Origin: an uncultured Candidatus Poseidoniales archaeon
GTDB lineage: Archaea > Thermoplasmatota > Poseidoniia > Poseidoniales > Poseidoniaceae
DNA: 64,000 nt
Assembly (NCBI GenBank): GCA_963997415.1
Contig: CAXEMN010000004.1
Location: 2,969 to 66,968 of the forward strand
Direction of reading: 5' to 3'
Under the pieces are notes generated by a model. It was not told where the DNA came from, ran no database searches, and saw only the letters and a program-made list of their open reading frames with translations. The first letter of the stretch is position 1; each line of letters opens with the position of its first letter. Shown one piece after another: positions 7,973 through 18,275 of this stretch. Position numbers and translations under genes: made by a program.

Positions 7973-9256
7973 ATGGCGAAAGGATGGCGTGGATACCTCG
8001 AAGAGGAATCCGAGTTTCAATGGATAGCCATGGCAGGATTTCTGGTCTTCATTCTTCTTGGAGCACTGGCGATTCAAGGTACGAGTAATTTGCCTGGTGT
8101 CGAGGTTGGCTCAAGCGATTCAAGCCATTATGGCAAACGTATTCTTGATATCGAGTACACAGGAGATGAATCATTCACCGCCAAGATTCTAAACGACGGG
8201 GGCATTGACCTTTTCCAGCAAAACGATCGAACAACAGTCACTCAAATCATGACTGCTGAAGATGGTTTGCCAGCAGACGACATCAACTTCATCACATCGC
8301 TAGAAAACGGAAACACAGCCATTTCCCCTTCAACAAACACCATCCAAGTCATTCATTCGCCTCAAAATGAAGCTGCTTCGGCAACCACAATCACCACATT
8401 CGAACTCGATCGAAGCCACGGGAATTTCACGGTAATGGATCTTGCTGAATCATCAGACGATCAATCCACACAATGGATGATGGTGACTATGGAGGGCTCG
8501 AAAACCAGCCTTCGTGGGTTTGGAACAATTGGGAGTGGATCCGAATCAAGCAGCACCATTGTCGCCTCGATGTCTTCCAGCATCCTTTCCACCCCGATGG
8601 TGAACACCGCAGATGCCGTGTGGCAGAAAGTAATCGCACTTGGAAACGAACAATGGGTCGCCTCTGGCTACCTCTCATACACGAGCAATGAAGCAGGAGC
8701 AAGTCCTGCAGCACCGAAAATTATCCCTGTGCTGGCCGTCATTGATTGGGAAGGCGGACTGACCGCCCCTACAGTTTCAACCATGCATTCGGGAGAAGGT
8801 GGTTTGTACCATTCCTTGATGATTTTAGATGATGGAGACGTCTTTGCTGCAGGAGACCAAGGGAGCACGCTTGTAAGCACATCAGGATCGATGACTCACC
8901 TCAACGTGCCAAGCGTTGCTGCTGTTGTTGATTGCCGTGATCGAGTCTGGTTATTTGGTGATGTTGGAAGCAAAACAATCGTCAGGTACTCTGGAGAAAA
9001 TGCAGAAGAACTGTCGTTGTCGCAAGCATTGACCTTCCAAATCGAAAGCAAAGGACATGGGAAGGAACTGATCTATTTGCATGGTACAGATGAACGTGGA
9101 GAGGCTCAAACCCTGCTCATAGACACCAGCGCACCAGGTTCTATAGAGAGTGGCCGTGGATTCTTGAACTTCCTTTTCCTCACTGTATTCAGCATCACCA
9201 TGGGTGTCATGGCATGGACGGCAGGATCGAGATTATTGGCTGCCCGTCGGCCCTAG
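7973..9256 (+). CDS. secreted/surface protein, Ser/Thr-rich, N-terminal signal-anchor and C-terminal TM
   Basis: Start moved to MAKGWRGY (7973) because upstream codons are antisense to L10e. Hydrophobic N-terminus FQWIAMAGFLVFILLGALAIQG and C-terminal helix FLNFLFLTVFSITMGVMAW. No recognised catalytic motif. Confidence 0.4.
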   Translation: MAKGWRGYLEEESEFQWIAMAGFLVFILLGALAIQGTSNLPGVEVGSSDSSHYGKRILDIEYTGDESFTAKILNDGGIDLFQQNDRTTVTQIMTAEDGLPADDINFITSLENGNTAISPSTNTIQVIHSPQNEAASATTITTFELDRSHGNFTVMDLAESSDDQSTQWMMVTMEGSKTSLRGFGTIGSGSESSSTIVASMSSSILSTPMVNTADAVWQKVIALGNEQWVASGYLSYTSNEAGASPAAPKIIPVLAVIDWEGGLTAPTVSTMHSGEGGLYHSLMILDDGDVFAAGDQGSTLVSTSGSMTHLNVPSVAAVVDCRDRVWLFGDVGSKTIVRYSGENAEELSLSQALTFQIESKGHGKELIYLHGTDERGEAQTLLIDTSAPGSIESGRGFLNFLFLTVFSITMGVMAWTAGSRLLAARRP

Positions 9257-9370
9257 GAAAAAAACACTGACGCATCGTTTTTTATCGCCCTTGCAAGAAT
9301 TCGTTTGAGAACCTTCATTTGCTCTCGGCAACGACAGAAAACTCCAGCGGAAGCAAGGAGGTGAATCAAG

Positions 9371-12022
9371 ATGGCAAAACGGGGGATGATGGACCAATTC
9401 ACTGACATAAAACTCGAGCATCCGGATTCAGTTTTATTTTTCCGAATGGGCGACTTCTATGAATTGTTTCATGAGGATGCCGTGACTGGTTCTGATGTTC
9501 TTGGTTTAGCTCTCACCTCTCGAGATAAAAAAGCAGACCAGCCAATCAAGATGGCAGGCTTTCCGTGGCATGCTTTGGAAGACAATATTCGCACCATGCT
9601 CAAAGCAGGACACAAGGTCACTGTTGCTGAACAAGAACAGGAACTACGGGAAGGTGCGAAGTTGCTTGAGCGGGTCGTAACACGCGTCTACACCCCTGGA
9701 AGTTTGTATGAAGAATCCTTACTAGGAACTGAAGAAAGATCCTTGCTCGCAAGTATCTGTTTGGACAAAAACGCCATTGGGATTGGCATTATCGATGCCT
9801 CGACCGGCCAAGCTTGGGCTTCAAATTTAGAAGGCGATGACCGGTTTTCAAGAGCACTTGATGAGGTCCTTCGATGGCGTCCGACAGAAGTTGTTGTGTC
9901 GCCAAAAGATGCCGAAGATGCCACATTACGAGCATTATTTACGCATCTCGACGGCGTGACAATCAGCCAGCATAAGGCTTCAAACGCCAAACGAAGAGAC
10001 CGCCTAACTAAGGTGCTCAAGGTCGCTGATCTTGGACATATTGACCTTGATGATGCACCACTGGCTCTTGCTGCGGCGGGACTGGCCGCAGACTACCTCG
10101 CTTCGATGCATCTCACAGAAGAAGTCCCGCTCAGAGATCTTGAAGTCATGGAAGAGAGCGCTCATTTGGTACTCGACCAAACTACATTACGGAACTTGGA
10201 ACTCACCTCAACGCTCGCAGGTGAGTACGAAGGAAGCCTGCTGTCAACCATGAACGCCTGCAGAAGTGCAATGGGACGTAGGCTTCTCAAAACATGGATT
10301 TTGAGACCGCTTGCCGACCTCGAAGCCATTGCAGCTCGTCACGATGCTGTAGCCAGCCTCTCTCGTTCTGCTCGGCGTTTGGATGGTTTACGTGAGGCTT
10401 TACGAGGCTTGAGAGATATGGAACGCTTGGCCACACAACTGGCATACAATCGTTCGAATGGTCGGGATTTACTTGCCGTCGCAGATGCACTCGAACGGAT
10501 GCCAGCCATCATCAACTTGTGCAATGAAACCGAAAACCCGTTGCTGCTCCATCTTTCTTCCAACCTCGATGCTCTAGATCAGCTCGCAGAAGACATTCGA
10601 AGGACCATCGTCGATGAGCCCCCACTCAGCGTACGGGACGGGGGTTTGCTTCGCACCGGATTTGACGACAAGGTCGACGAACTTAGAGAAATAGCCACCA
10701 ATGGCCATAATTGGTTTTCCGAACTTGAAGCAAGCCTCAGAATCAACTTGCAAATCCCTTCGTTGAAGGTCAAAATGAACCGACAAATTGGGTGGTTTAT
10801 TGAAGTGACAAAGGTGAATGAAGCAAAGGTCCCAGAAGACTGGAAGCGCAAACAGCAAATGACAAACGGTTCGAGGTACGTCACTGATGAACTGCTTCAA
10901 CGGGATGATGCATTGCTTACAGCAGATACAAAATTGAAGGAATTGGAATACAGAGCGTTCATTCAATTGAGAGAACTATGCAAACAGCACGCCCCAACAT
11001 TGGCACAAATTGCTGGGAAGGTTGCCGCTATTGATGTGTTGCAATGTTTCGGAACCATTGCACGGAATCGAGCATGGACACGCCCAGAAATGGCGCAACA
11101 CGACCAAATGAAGGTGCAAGGGGCACGGCATCCTGTGCTTGAACAACAATCTGGCTTTGTGCCAAATGATTTGGATCTTTCAAAGAAGCGGAAGTTTTTG
11201 CTTATCACAGGACCGAATATGGGTGGTAAGTCGACCTATTTACGGACCACTGCGTTGATGAGTATCCTGGCCCAAAGTGGTTCATTCGTTCCAGCCAGCA
11301 AGGCGAAAATAGGTCTTGTTGACCGGATATTCACACGAGTTGGAGCAAGCGATGACCTTCGAAGAGGCCGTTCAACCTTCATGATGGAGATGATCGAAGT
11401 CGCTCATATATTACGTCGGGCGACCTCAAATTCATTGGTTCTACTCGATGAAATTGGACGAGGCACCTCAACCTTCGACGGGTTGTCTATTGCTTGGTCG
11501 GTCACTGAAGACATATGCAAGCGGATCCAGGCAAGGACCCTTTTTGCAACGCATTACCATCAATTAATTGGCTTGGAAGGCGAGGTCGAAGGTCTTGTGA
11601 ACGTCCACGTTCAAGTGGCTCAAGCCAATGGTGAACTTCGATTCATGCACACGGTTGCAGATGGTCCTTGTGACGACTCTTATGGTGTCCAAGTGGCGGC
11701 TTTAGCAGGTCTTCCTCGTCCGGTGGTTGAACGAGCGACTGATTTGCTTGCTTTCTTAGAACGGCAAGCCCAGGGTGCGAAGGCTGGAGAATCGGGCACA
11801 CCAACCGCCCGAGACCACGGCCAAGCGAGTTTGATGGGCTACTTTGCTGCTGCTGCAATGAACAATAATCCAGCAAAAGAAACGCCACCCGGGCCCCCGC
11901 AATCCCACCTTGATGTCATTGAAAACATCGCAGGATTGGATGTCGATGAGATGACACCAAGACAAGCGCACGATGCACTGTATCAATTGAAGAAGTTACT
12001 TGGAAGTGAAAACAGTGAGTGA
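9371..12022 (+). CDS. mutS: DNA mismatch repair protein MutS (bacterial MutS1 type)
   Basis: 883 aa. N-terminal mismatch-binding motif FFRMGDFYELF. Walker A GPNMGGKST and ABC-like DEIGRGTSTFDG. SD-like GGAGGTGA sits 8 nt upstream of the ATG. Confidence 0.9.
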   Translation: MAKRGMMDQFTDIKLEHPDSVLFFRMGDFYELFHEDAVTGSDVLGLALTSRDKKADQPIKMAGFPWHALEDNIRTMLKAGHKVTVAEQEQELREGAKLLERVVTRVYTPGSLYEESLLGTEERSLLASICLDKNAIGIGIIDASTGQAWASNLEGDDRFSRALDEVLRWRPTEVVVSPKDAEDATLRALFTHLDGVTISQHKASNAKRRDRLTKVLKVADLGHIDLDDAPLALAAAGLAADYLASMHLTEEVPLRDLEVMEESAHLVLDQTTLRNLELTSTLAGEYEGSLLSTMNACRSAMGRRLLKTWILRPLADLEAIAARHDAVASLSRSARRLDGLREALRGLRDMERLATQLAYNRSNGRDLLAVADALERMPAIINLCNETENPLLLHLSSNLDALDQLAEDIRRTIVDEPPLSVRDGGLLRTGFDDKVDELREIATNGHNWFSELEASLRINLQIPSLKVKMNRQIGWFIEVTKVNEAKVPEDWKRKQQMTNGSRYVTDELLQRDDALLTADTKLKELEYRAFIQLRELCKQHAPTLAQIAGKVAAIDVLQCFGTIARNRAWTRPEMAQHDQMKVQGARHPVLEQQSGFVPNDLDLSKKRKFLLITGPNMGGKSTYLRTTALMSILAQSGSFVPASKAKIGLVDRIFTRVGASDDLRRGRSTFMMEMIEVAHILRRATSNSLVLLDEIGRGTSTFDGLSIAWSVTEDICKRIQARTLFATHYHQLIGLEGEVEGLVNVHVQVAQANGELRFMHTVADGPCDDSYGVQVAALAGLPRPVVERATDLLAFLERQAQGAKAGESGTPTARDHGQASLMGYFAAAAMNNNPAKETPPGPPQSHLDVIENIAGLDVDEMTPRQAHDALYQLKKLLGSENSE

Positions 12023-14039
12023 ACCAAAGCGAATTATGCAACTCGATGAAGCGACCATCGGGCACATTGCTGCTGGTGAAGTGGTTGAACGGCCTGCACA
12101 AGTGGTGAAGGAATTGCTGGAAAATAGCCTTGATGCAGAGGCTCAAAAAATTGTCATCACTGTGGAAAGAGGTGGCTTTGATTTGATTCGAATTGAAGAT
12201 GATGGCAGTGGTATCGATGCTGACGACCTTCCATTAGCACTCGATCGTCACGCCACTTCAAAACTCAAAAAACGTGAAGACCTCAATTCAATTCACACGC
12301 TTGGCTTCAGGGGTGAGGCGTTAGCAAGCATCGGCATGGTGTCTGGACTTGGCATAGCAAGCCGACCTGTCGGTACAGAGGGAAAACGAATTGTGATGAA
12401 TGATGGAATCAAAGGCGGGATTGAACCCTTTGGAATGCCTCATGGCACGCGTATTGATGTCGAGCATTTGTTTCAAAATACCCCTGCTCGCTTAGCATTC
12501 CAACGACGACCAGCCACAGAAAATGCACGCATTGTTGACGTCGTTGTTGCTCATGCAATGGCGCACAAAGAAGTGGCTTTCAGACTCCTCATCGATGAAC
12601 GGGTCGTTCTCGATGTGCCAGCATCAGAAGCGATGACTGACCGTCTTTACGATCTGCTTGGGGGCCAAGCCCAATCCATGCTTGAACTCGATGCACCCGA
12701 AGCGGATGCAAAAGCCCCTGGTGAGGAAACATGGTCCGGCTGGATCAGCACCCCTGATATCACACGTGGCAAAGGTGATGATATTCACATCCTCATCAAT
12801 GATCGACCAGTTGCTTCAGGACCATTCTTGCAGGCCATTCGAAGAGGATACAGAACTCGGTTAATGCAAGGACGGCACCCGTTAGCAGTGCTTTCACTCA
12901 CACTGCCCCCAAATGAGGTCGATGTCAACGTTCACCCCACAAAAAGAGAAGTTCGTCTTCGTCATTCATGGCGGGTTCTCGAGCGATTAGAAAGGGCCAT
13001 TGCCCACACTTTGGAGTCGGTGCCGACCCAACCGGATGCCGCAGGGGGTATCCCCGGATTGCAAGGCTTGAGTCAACATCAGGCCCCAAGCATTCAGGAA
13101 CACTTCAAACCACAACCCAGTCAAACGTCGGATGAACCAATCGATCCGATTGCCGCAGCTGCCGGTACAACACCTGTTCTTCTGCCAAAACAGCAAGTGG
13201 CGCAACAGACGCCTCCTGCATGGGCGATTGCTGCAGGAGCCCAGTTGAACCTCCATGGCGGAGAAGCTGAACCGATCACCAAACCCGCTAAGCAGCGACC
13301 TCAATCGACTGCTCCTTCGGCACAGAATACCTTACCTGGAATGGATGAAAAACCAACTGCTCCTGCTTTATCACCAGCGGAAAGGGACCTGCACAGACAT
13401 TCTGGAAAAGGCGTGCGAACATCGCCAAACGATGAATCGCCACTTGGCGACATCATCAACGAATTACCTAAGATGGAGCCATTGGCCCAATTTGCAGATT
13501 CATACATCCTTGTTCAGGCCGAGGATGAATTGTTATTGATCGATCAGCATGCACTCCATGAACGAATTCGCTACGAGCGATTAAGGAATGATGAATCAAT
13601 TTGGGCAAGCCAAACACGACTTGAACCGCTCACATTGGACCTTGATGCGCGACAGAGCACGCGTATGGAAGCCGCACAGGATCGATTCAGATCTGTAGGT
13701 TTCGAACTCCAAAATTCGAATCAGGGATGGTCGGTCACGGCAACGCCACAATTGCTTGTCGGAAAAGAGGTCATCCCATTCATGCTTGATCTCCTTCAGG
13801 ACACCTCAGAGGATGGCGCACCATTGACCACTGTGGACGATCGTAAAGACCACCTCGCGTTTTTGAACGCATGCCGTGGCGCTGTGAAAGCAAACGAGAA
13901 ACTTACTCTGCCTGAAATGAGGCGCTTGCTGGATGATATGCGCCGCATCCCAAACCCATGGGCATGTGTTCATGGCCGACCTACCGCACTCAGACTTCCG
14001 CTTGACGCACTTGACCACCATTTCGGACGGCACGGCTAA
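12000..14039 (+). CDS. mutL: DNA mismatch repair protein MutL
   Basis: GHKL ATPase motifs (ELLENSLDA, DDGSGI, GFRGEAL). C-terminal dimerisation region. Overlaps the mutS stop by 23 nt; an alternative start is MQLDE at 12036. Confidence 0.85.
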   Translation: MEVKTVSEPKRIMQLDEATIGHIAAGEVVERPAQVVKELLENSLDAEAQKIVITVERGGFDLIRIEDDGSGIDADDLPLALDRHATSKLKKREDLNSIHTLGFRGEALASIGMVSGLGIASRPVGTEGKRIVMNDGIKGGIEPFGMPHGTRIDVEHLFQNTPARLAFQRRPATENARIVDVVVAHAMAHKEVAFRLLIDERVVLDVPASEAMTDRLYDLLGGQAQSMLELDAPEADAKAPGEETWSGWISTPDITRGKGDDIHILINDRPVASGPFLQAIRRGYRTRLMQGRHPLAVLSLTLPPNEVDVNVHPTKREVRLRHSWRVLERLERAIAHTLESVPTQPDAAGGIPGLQGLSQHQAPSIQEHFKPQPSQTSDEPIDPIAAAAGTTPVLLPKQQVAQQTPPAWAIAAGAQLNLHGGEAEPITKPAKQRPQSTAPSAQNTLPGMDEKPTAPALSPAERDLHRHSGKGVRTSPNDESPLGDIINELPKMEPLAQFADSYILVQAEDELLLIDQHALHERIRYERLRNDESIWASQTRLEPLTLDLDARQSTRMEAAQDRFRSVGFELQNSNQGWSVTATPQLLVGKEVIPFMLDLLQDTSEDGAPLTTVDDRKDHLAFLNACRGAVKANEKLTLPEMRRLLDDMRRIPNPWACVHGRPTALRLPLDALDHHFGRHG

Positions 14040-15466
14040 TCTTCAATCGGTGGCATTGTGATCTGCTCGACGCCAACACCCGAAGCAATCAATCGATCGA
14101 TAAATGGCTCATCAGCAACCATGTGCAAGGACTGTCCAACGACGTCACCACCGCAAGCAGAAGCCAAGAGGACTGCTGTCATGAACAAACGATGATCGCC
14201 GTAGGTTTCGACTGGTTTGTCTGGCCTTTGCGGGCGTTGTCCCCCTTGAATGGTCAAGCCATCACTGTTGACTTCCGCTGTCATTCCGAATTGGGCAAGC
14301 ACATCTGCAGTTCTTTGGAGTCGATTGCTTTCTTTGAACGCCGCATGTGCTGCGCCTTTGAGCCTACCACCTTTGTTGAGGCCCAGAATGGCGGCGAGTG
14401 GAGGCAGCAAATCGTTCGCATCCTTGAGATCGAGCTCGACTGGTTTGTTCGCTTCAATTCTGGACAATGTAGATTGATTCCAATTGACCCCGAGTGATGG
14501 TGCATGTTCTTGCAAGATCTCGTGACCAATGGCATCTTTTTGGGTAGGCCAGCCAATCAAATCAATATCTCTGTTTGAGACCGTACAAGCCAACATTGCG
14601 AAGGCGGCCATTGATGCATCGCCTGGAACTGTGTATTCATTCAATCCTTTCAGTGGTGAAGGTGTGATGACAAGTTGGTTCTCTTCCATTGATGCATCGC
14701 CCCCAAACATGCTCAGCATCTGAAGGCTGAGTGCAGAATGGCGAGAGGACACTTGAGTGCCCTCTAGCGTAATTTCGGTTTGGCAAGGTACGGTTGGTGC
14801 CGCAAGAATCCATGAGGATACTGGTTGGCTCGAACGGCTGACATCAAGCGCCAATCCTGCTTCGAGCTGAGTGGGATTCATTGGACCATCAATGAGTGCG
14901 GGAAGACGTTCTTCGCCCATACCAATGGACAAGGTAGCACCCGATTGCTCGATGGTCGCCCAGAGTTCACTTGATGAACGCTTTCGAAGAGAGCCATCGC
15001 CATCCAGCATAACTGGGCCGCCAATCATCGCCGCATGTGGGGCAAGAAGACGCAATGTGGTGCCTGAATTTCCTGCATTGAGAACGCTCGCTGGACGTTT
15101 GAAACCAGAGTCACCAACGCCGTGAACAATCCATTTCACTGAATCAGGATGATGTTCAAAGTGAACTGGATTCACCTGATGCAGAAGTTCTCCTTCTTGA
15201 TCAACATCTTCGATGTGCACGCCAAGTTGTTGTAAGCATCGACGCATGGCTCGCGCATCTTCTCCCGCACAACCAACATTGTGTAACTCGACTGATTCTA
15301 ACGATTGAGACGCCAGAAGAAGGGCACGGATCAGATGGCTTTTCGATGGAGGGAGAGACCATTGAACCGGTTCGGTTGAACTGGGAGGCGTGACCCTTAA
15401 TGCATGAACATCGTTTCTGCGATGGCCCTTGCCGCTTGAGGTCCAGCGCTTTGCCCAACGCTTGCC
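14036..15466 (-). CDS. aroA: 3-phosphoshikimate 1-carboxyvinyltransferase (EPSP synthase)
   Basis: N-terminal SLPPSKSHLIRALLLASQS matches the EPSP synthase LPGSKSxxxRALLLAAL signature. Start is uncertain (MGKRW at 15466, or a GTG nearer the motif). ORF extension up to 15844 rejected. Confidence 0.7.
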   Translation of the reverse strand, partial: GKRWAKRWTSSGKGHRRNDVHALRVTPPSSTEPVQWSLPPSKSHLIRALLLASQSLESVELHNVGCAGEDARAMRRCLQQLGVHIEDVDQEGELLHQVNPVHFEHHPDSVKWIVHGVGDSGFKRPASVLNAGNSGTTLRLLAPHAAMIGGPVMLDGDGSLRKRSSSELWATIEQSGATLSIGMGEERLPALIDGPMNPTQLEAGLALDVSRSSQPVSSWILAAPTVPCQTEITLEGTQVSSRHSALSLQMLSMFGGDASMEENQLVITPSPLKGLNEYTVPGDASMAAFAMLACTVSNRDIDLIGWPTQKDAIGHEILQEHAPSLGVNWNQSTLSRIEANKPVELDLKDANDLLPPLAAILGLNKGGRLKGAAHAAFKESNRLQRTADVLAQFGMTAEVNSDGLTIQGGQRPQRPDKPVETYGDHRLFMTAVLLASACGGDVVGQSLHMVADEPFIDRLIASGVGVEQITMPPIED

Positions 15467-15542
15467 CATGATGTGGCCACAGTCCCTTTCCCCATCAACC
15501 CTTGCAACACAGCATAAAGACCGACGAGCCATAGCCTGCCAC

Positions 15543-16547
15543 ATGGCCCTTCTCGATGCGTTGATGCGTCCGCTGTTGGACCTGCGCATTTCTGTCACCG
15601 ACCGATGCAATTTCCGTTGTAGGTATTGCATGCCCAGAGAACATTTTGGCAGTGAGCATGTCTTCCTCGAGAAGACTGAAATTCTTTCATATGAAGAAAT
15701 CACAAAGGTTGCATCTGCAATGCTCCCCCTTGGCCTGCGTAAACTACGAATCACAGGCGGTGAACCGCTTGTTCGCAAAGATCTTTCCAACTTGATTGAA
15801 ATGCTGCGCAGCCTCGATTCAAACCTTGATATCGCCCTCACCACGAACGGTATACTTCTTGCAAAGCATGCTCAAAAACTGAAAGATTCCGGCCTAAATC
15901 GAGTCACAATAAGCCTCGATGCCTTGGATACTGAAGTCTTTCAGCACATGGGTGACACAGCACACAGGCCAGATGAAGTTGTGGAAGGCATTGATGCTGC
16001 CCTCAAAGCAGGTTTGGGTGTGAAAATTAATACTGTTGTTCAGCGAAATGTAAATGAAAACCAACTTGGTAAAATTGCCCTGATGGCGCATAAGCGCCAG
16101 ATTATTCCTCGCTTCATTGAGTTCATGGATGTTGGAACTACGAATCAATGGAACCTGGAATCTGTGGTTTCTGGAGAACAAATAAGAAAAATCCTAAGCG
16201 AATCAATCGGCCCACTCACACCAGTATCATCTGACCATCCCTCGGATGTGGCGAAACGCTGGAAGACCGACGATGGAGATCATATTGGCCTTATTCAGTC
16301 GGTGACAGCGCCTTTTTGCGGCGATTGTTCACGAGCGAGACTTTCGGCAAATGGTTCGATGTACACGTGCCTCTTTGCTACACAAGGCAATGATCTACGA
16401 TCTTTGATTCGCATGGGTGCGAATAAGTTCGACCTCCAAGAAGCTGTGAGCACCATCTGGTCAAAGCGCAACGATCGATATTCTGAGGGACGAACACAAA
16501 TCACTCAATCTTCGAGAAAGGTGGAAATGTCGTTCATCGGCGGATGA
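15543..16547 (+). CDS. moaA: GTP 3',8-cyclase MoaA (radical SAM)
   Basis: LRISVTDRCNFRCRYCMP radical-SAM CxxxCxxC motif and C-terminal cysteine cluster (FCGDCSRARLSANGSMYTC). Start set at MALLDALMRPLLDL. Confidence 0.8.
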   Translation: MALLDALMRPLLDLRISVTDRCNFRCRYCMPREHFGSEHVFLEKTEILSYEEITKVASAMLPLGLRKLRITGGEPLVRKDLSNLIEMLRSLDSNLDIALTTNGILLAKHAQKLKDSGLNRVTISLDALDTEVFQHMGDTAHRPDEVVEGIDAALKAGLGVKINTVVQRNVNENQLGKIALMAHKRQIIPRFIEFMDVGTTNQWNLESVVSGEQIRKILSESIGPLTPVSSDHPSDVAKRWKTDDGDHIGLIQSVTAPFCGDCSRARLSANGSMYTCLFATQGNDLRSLIRMGANKFDLQEAVSTIWSKRNDRYSEGRTQITQSSRKVEMSFIGG

Positions 16548-17045
16548 TTAAACATCCATCGGTGGCAACATCACATTGACCAAGACGCTTTGCGAGTTAG
16601 TATCAACTAACTTGAATCGCCATGTCCCCGAATCCGAACCTATCGTTGTCGAGTCGATGACAAAATAATCACCTTGACTCACCGAATAACCAGCATCTCG
16701 ATCGTGGAATGAAACATTGGCACCTATCAATCCATAGACGTCGGCGTCAGCAACCTTTCCTCCTAACGGATTACCATCTTCTGAGGAATCTGGTGCGAGG
16801 TTCCATTGGAGTTTAGCAGGATCAATGGTTTGGTCGAGGCTTGTTAAACGGACCACATGAAAGCCGTTTGACAACCCACGTACGCTCACTGTGGCTTGTG
16901 GGGCGCTTTTTTCTGTCGTTGTGAGGGCGCCTTGCATCAGTACAAACACCATACTGGATAGCATCACCGTGATGGCAAGCAGCAATACAGTAGCGATGAC
17001 GGGGCTCACGGCCTCGTCATTTCCCGCCCTCCGCATGCTGCGCAT
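16548..17045 (-). CDS. archaeal type IV pilin-like protein (class III signal peptide)
   Basis: N-terminus RRAGNDEAVSPVIATVLLLAITVMLSSMVFVLM has a prepilin-peptidase-type charged stretch followed by a hydrophobic helix (DUF1628-like). Confidence 0.65.
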   Translation of the reverse strand: MRSMRRAGNDEAVSPVIATVLLLAITVMLSSMVFVLMQGALTTTEKSAPQATVSVRGLSNGFHVVRLTSLDQTIDPAKLQWNLAPDSSEDGNPLGGKVADADVYGLIGANVSFHDRDAGYSVSQGDYFVIDSTTIGSDSGTWRFKLVDTNSQSVLVNVMLPPMDV

Positions 17046-17120
17046 GATTCCACTGTGTCAACGATGGGACTTGAATCAACCGATGGCAAGAGAGCGATTT
17101 GAAGGGTTTTCAAATCGTTT

Positions 17121-18272
17121 TTAGAAGAGCCAAACTGGTTTGTCGCATTCCATGGCTCGCTTGATGCCACCGATGGGACCAAGGATCCTCAGAATTCCCT
17201 CGGTCATCAAATCGCCTTTGAAGAATGCATAACCCATGTTTTTGGTGCGCAGTGAATTTTTCAGCGCACGACCAAGAGAAGCTCGAAGACGGTCTTCATA
17301 GGCTGTGAGAGGTGCTCCTGTGTCCAGATGATCGAGGATTGCCTCTGCTGCAAAACAACCTGAGATGATCGCTTGTGAGATACCACCGCCATTGCTCGGC
17401 ATCACAAGACCTGCAGCATCACCCACTGCAAGGGTGGTCCCGTCCACCATGGTTTTCACAGGACCGCCCATTGGAATCCAACCGCCTCCCCATGAAAGCA
17501 CTTCAAATCCAAGTTCATCGCAAAATGCTTGCAAGTGTTCTTTCAAATTGCCTTTGAGGTATCCAGCACGAACACCAAGCCCGACGTTCGCAGTGTTAGG
17601 TCCCTTTGGAATGATCCATGCATAACCGGACGGGGCGACTGAGCCCAAGAACACATCAAAGGTTTCAGGGACATCTCCTTGAACTTGAGCGTACATTGTA
17701 GGAACTTGGTCTTTAGGTCTATAGCGTTCATCATCGCCATGCCGAAGTCGTCCCACATGGGCCAAAGAGCCACTCGCATCAATCAAAAAGTCGAATGTGT
17801 ATCTGCCTTTTGTGGTTACTAAGACGTCCCTATTCGATTTCCGTTGGTGTTGAATTCGAGTCATCGCTTCATCCATTTGAATGTCTGCACCGGCATGAAT
17901 GGCTTTGTCACAGAGATAGCCGTCAAAGTGTAAACGATGGCCAGCGAAGGCATCAAGTTCGAAATGGTAGGCCTTTCCAGATGGAAGGAATACCCTCATA
18001 TTATCGAGGTTGTGAAGTTTTAGACGATCGGGGAATTGAAAATAATCATACAGCCAAGTATGATCGTCAAGATTGGAAAAGGTGCCAACAACCTCACCCC
18101 AGTTTGGAATGCACTCTCCGCATTGAGCAGGGTTGCCAACAATTGAGCGTCGTTCAATCATCAGTACATCGATGCCATCTTCTGCAAGGCGTTGGGCGCA
18201 AGCAGCGCCTGCAGGACCTGCACCAATGATGATGACTTGCCTGTGTTTGATTTCTTTTCGTGCCATTGACAT
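17121..18272 (-). CDS. digeranylgeranylglycerophospholipid reductase (geranylgeranyl reductase family, FAD-dependent)
   Basis: VIIIGAGPAGAACAQRLAEDGIDVLMIER Rossmann FAD motif. GGR-family length and conserved GDAAG region. Confidence 0.8.
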   Translation of the reverse strand: MSMARKEIKHRQVIIIGAGPAGAACAQRLAEDGIDVLMIERRSIVGNPAQCGECIPNWGEVVGTFSNLDDHTWLYDYFQFPDRLKLHNLDNMRVFLPSGKAYHFELDAFAGHRLHFDGYLCDKAIHAGADIQMDEAMTRIQHQRKSNRDVLVTTKGRYTFDFLIDASGSLAHVGRLRHGDDERYRPKDQVPTMYAQVQGDVPETFDVFLGSVAPSGYAWIIPKGPNTANVGLGVRAGYLKGNLKEHLQAFCDELGFEVLSWGGGWIPMGGPVKTMVDGTTLAVGDAAGLVMPSNGGGISQAIISGCFAAEAILDHLDTGAPLTAYEDRLRASLGRALKNSLRTKNMGYAFFKGDLMTEGILRILGPIGGIKRAMECDKPVWLF

Positions 18273-18275
18273 CCC

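Noticed and set aside
7823-8077. N-terminal extension of the L10e ORF (MNRQCS... start at 8077)
   Set aside because: The canonical L10e N-terminus MARKPASMYRR begins at 7822. Upstream codons have no similarity, and the true gene length (~180 aa) fits the family.
14123-14497. 124-aa plus-strand ORF
   Set aside because: Antisense within aroA. No motif, and overlapped by a strongly supported CDS.
15467-15844. Upstream 126 codons of the 602-aa aroA ORF and upstream 38 codons of the moaA ORF
   Set aside because: EPSP synthase and MoaA family lengths and N-terminal motifs indicate later starts. The extensions would overlap each other on opposite strands across the divergent promoter.
17795-18229. 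144-aa plus-strand ORF
   Set aside because: Antisense within the geranylgeranyl reductase gene. Cys/Arg-rich translation with no domain.
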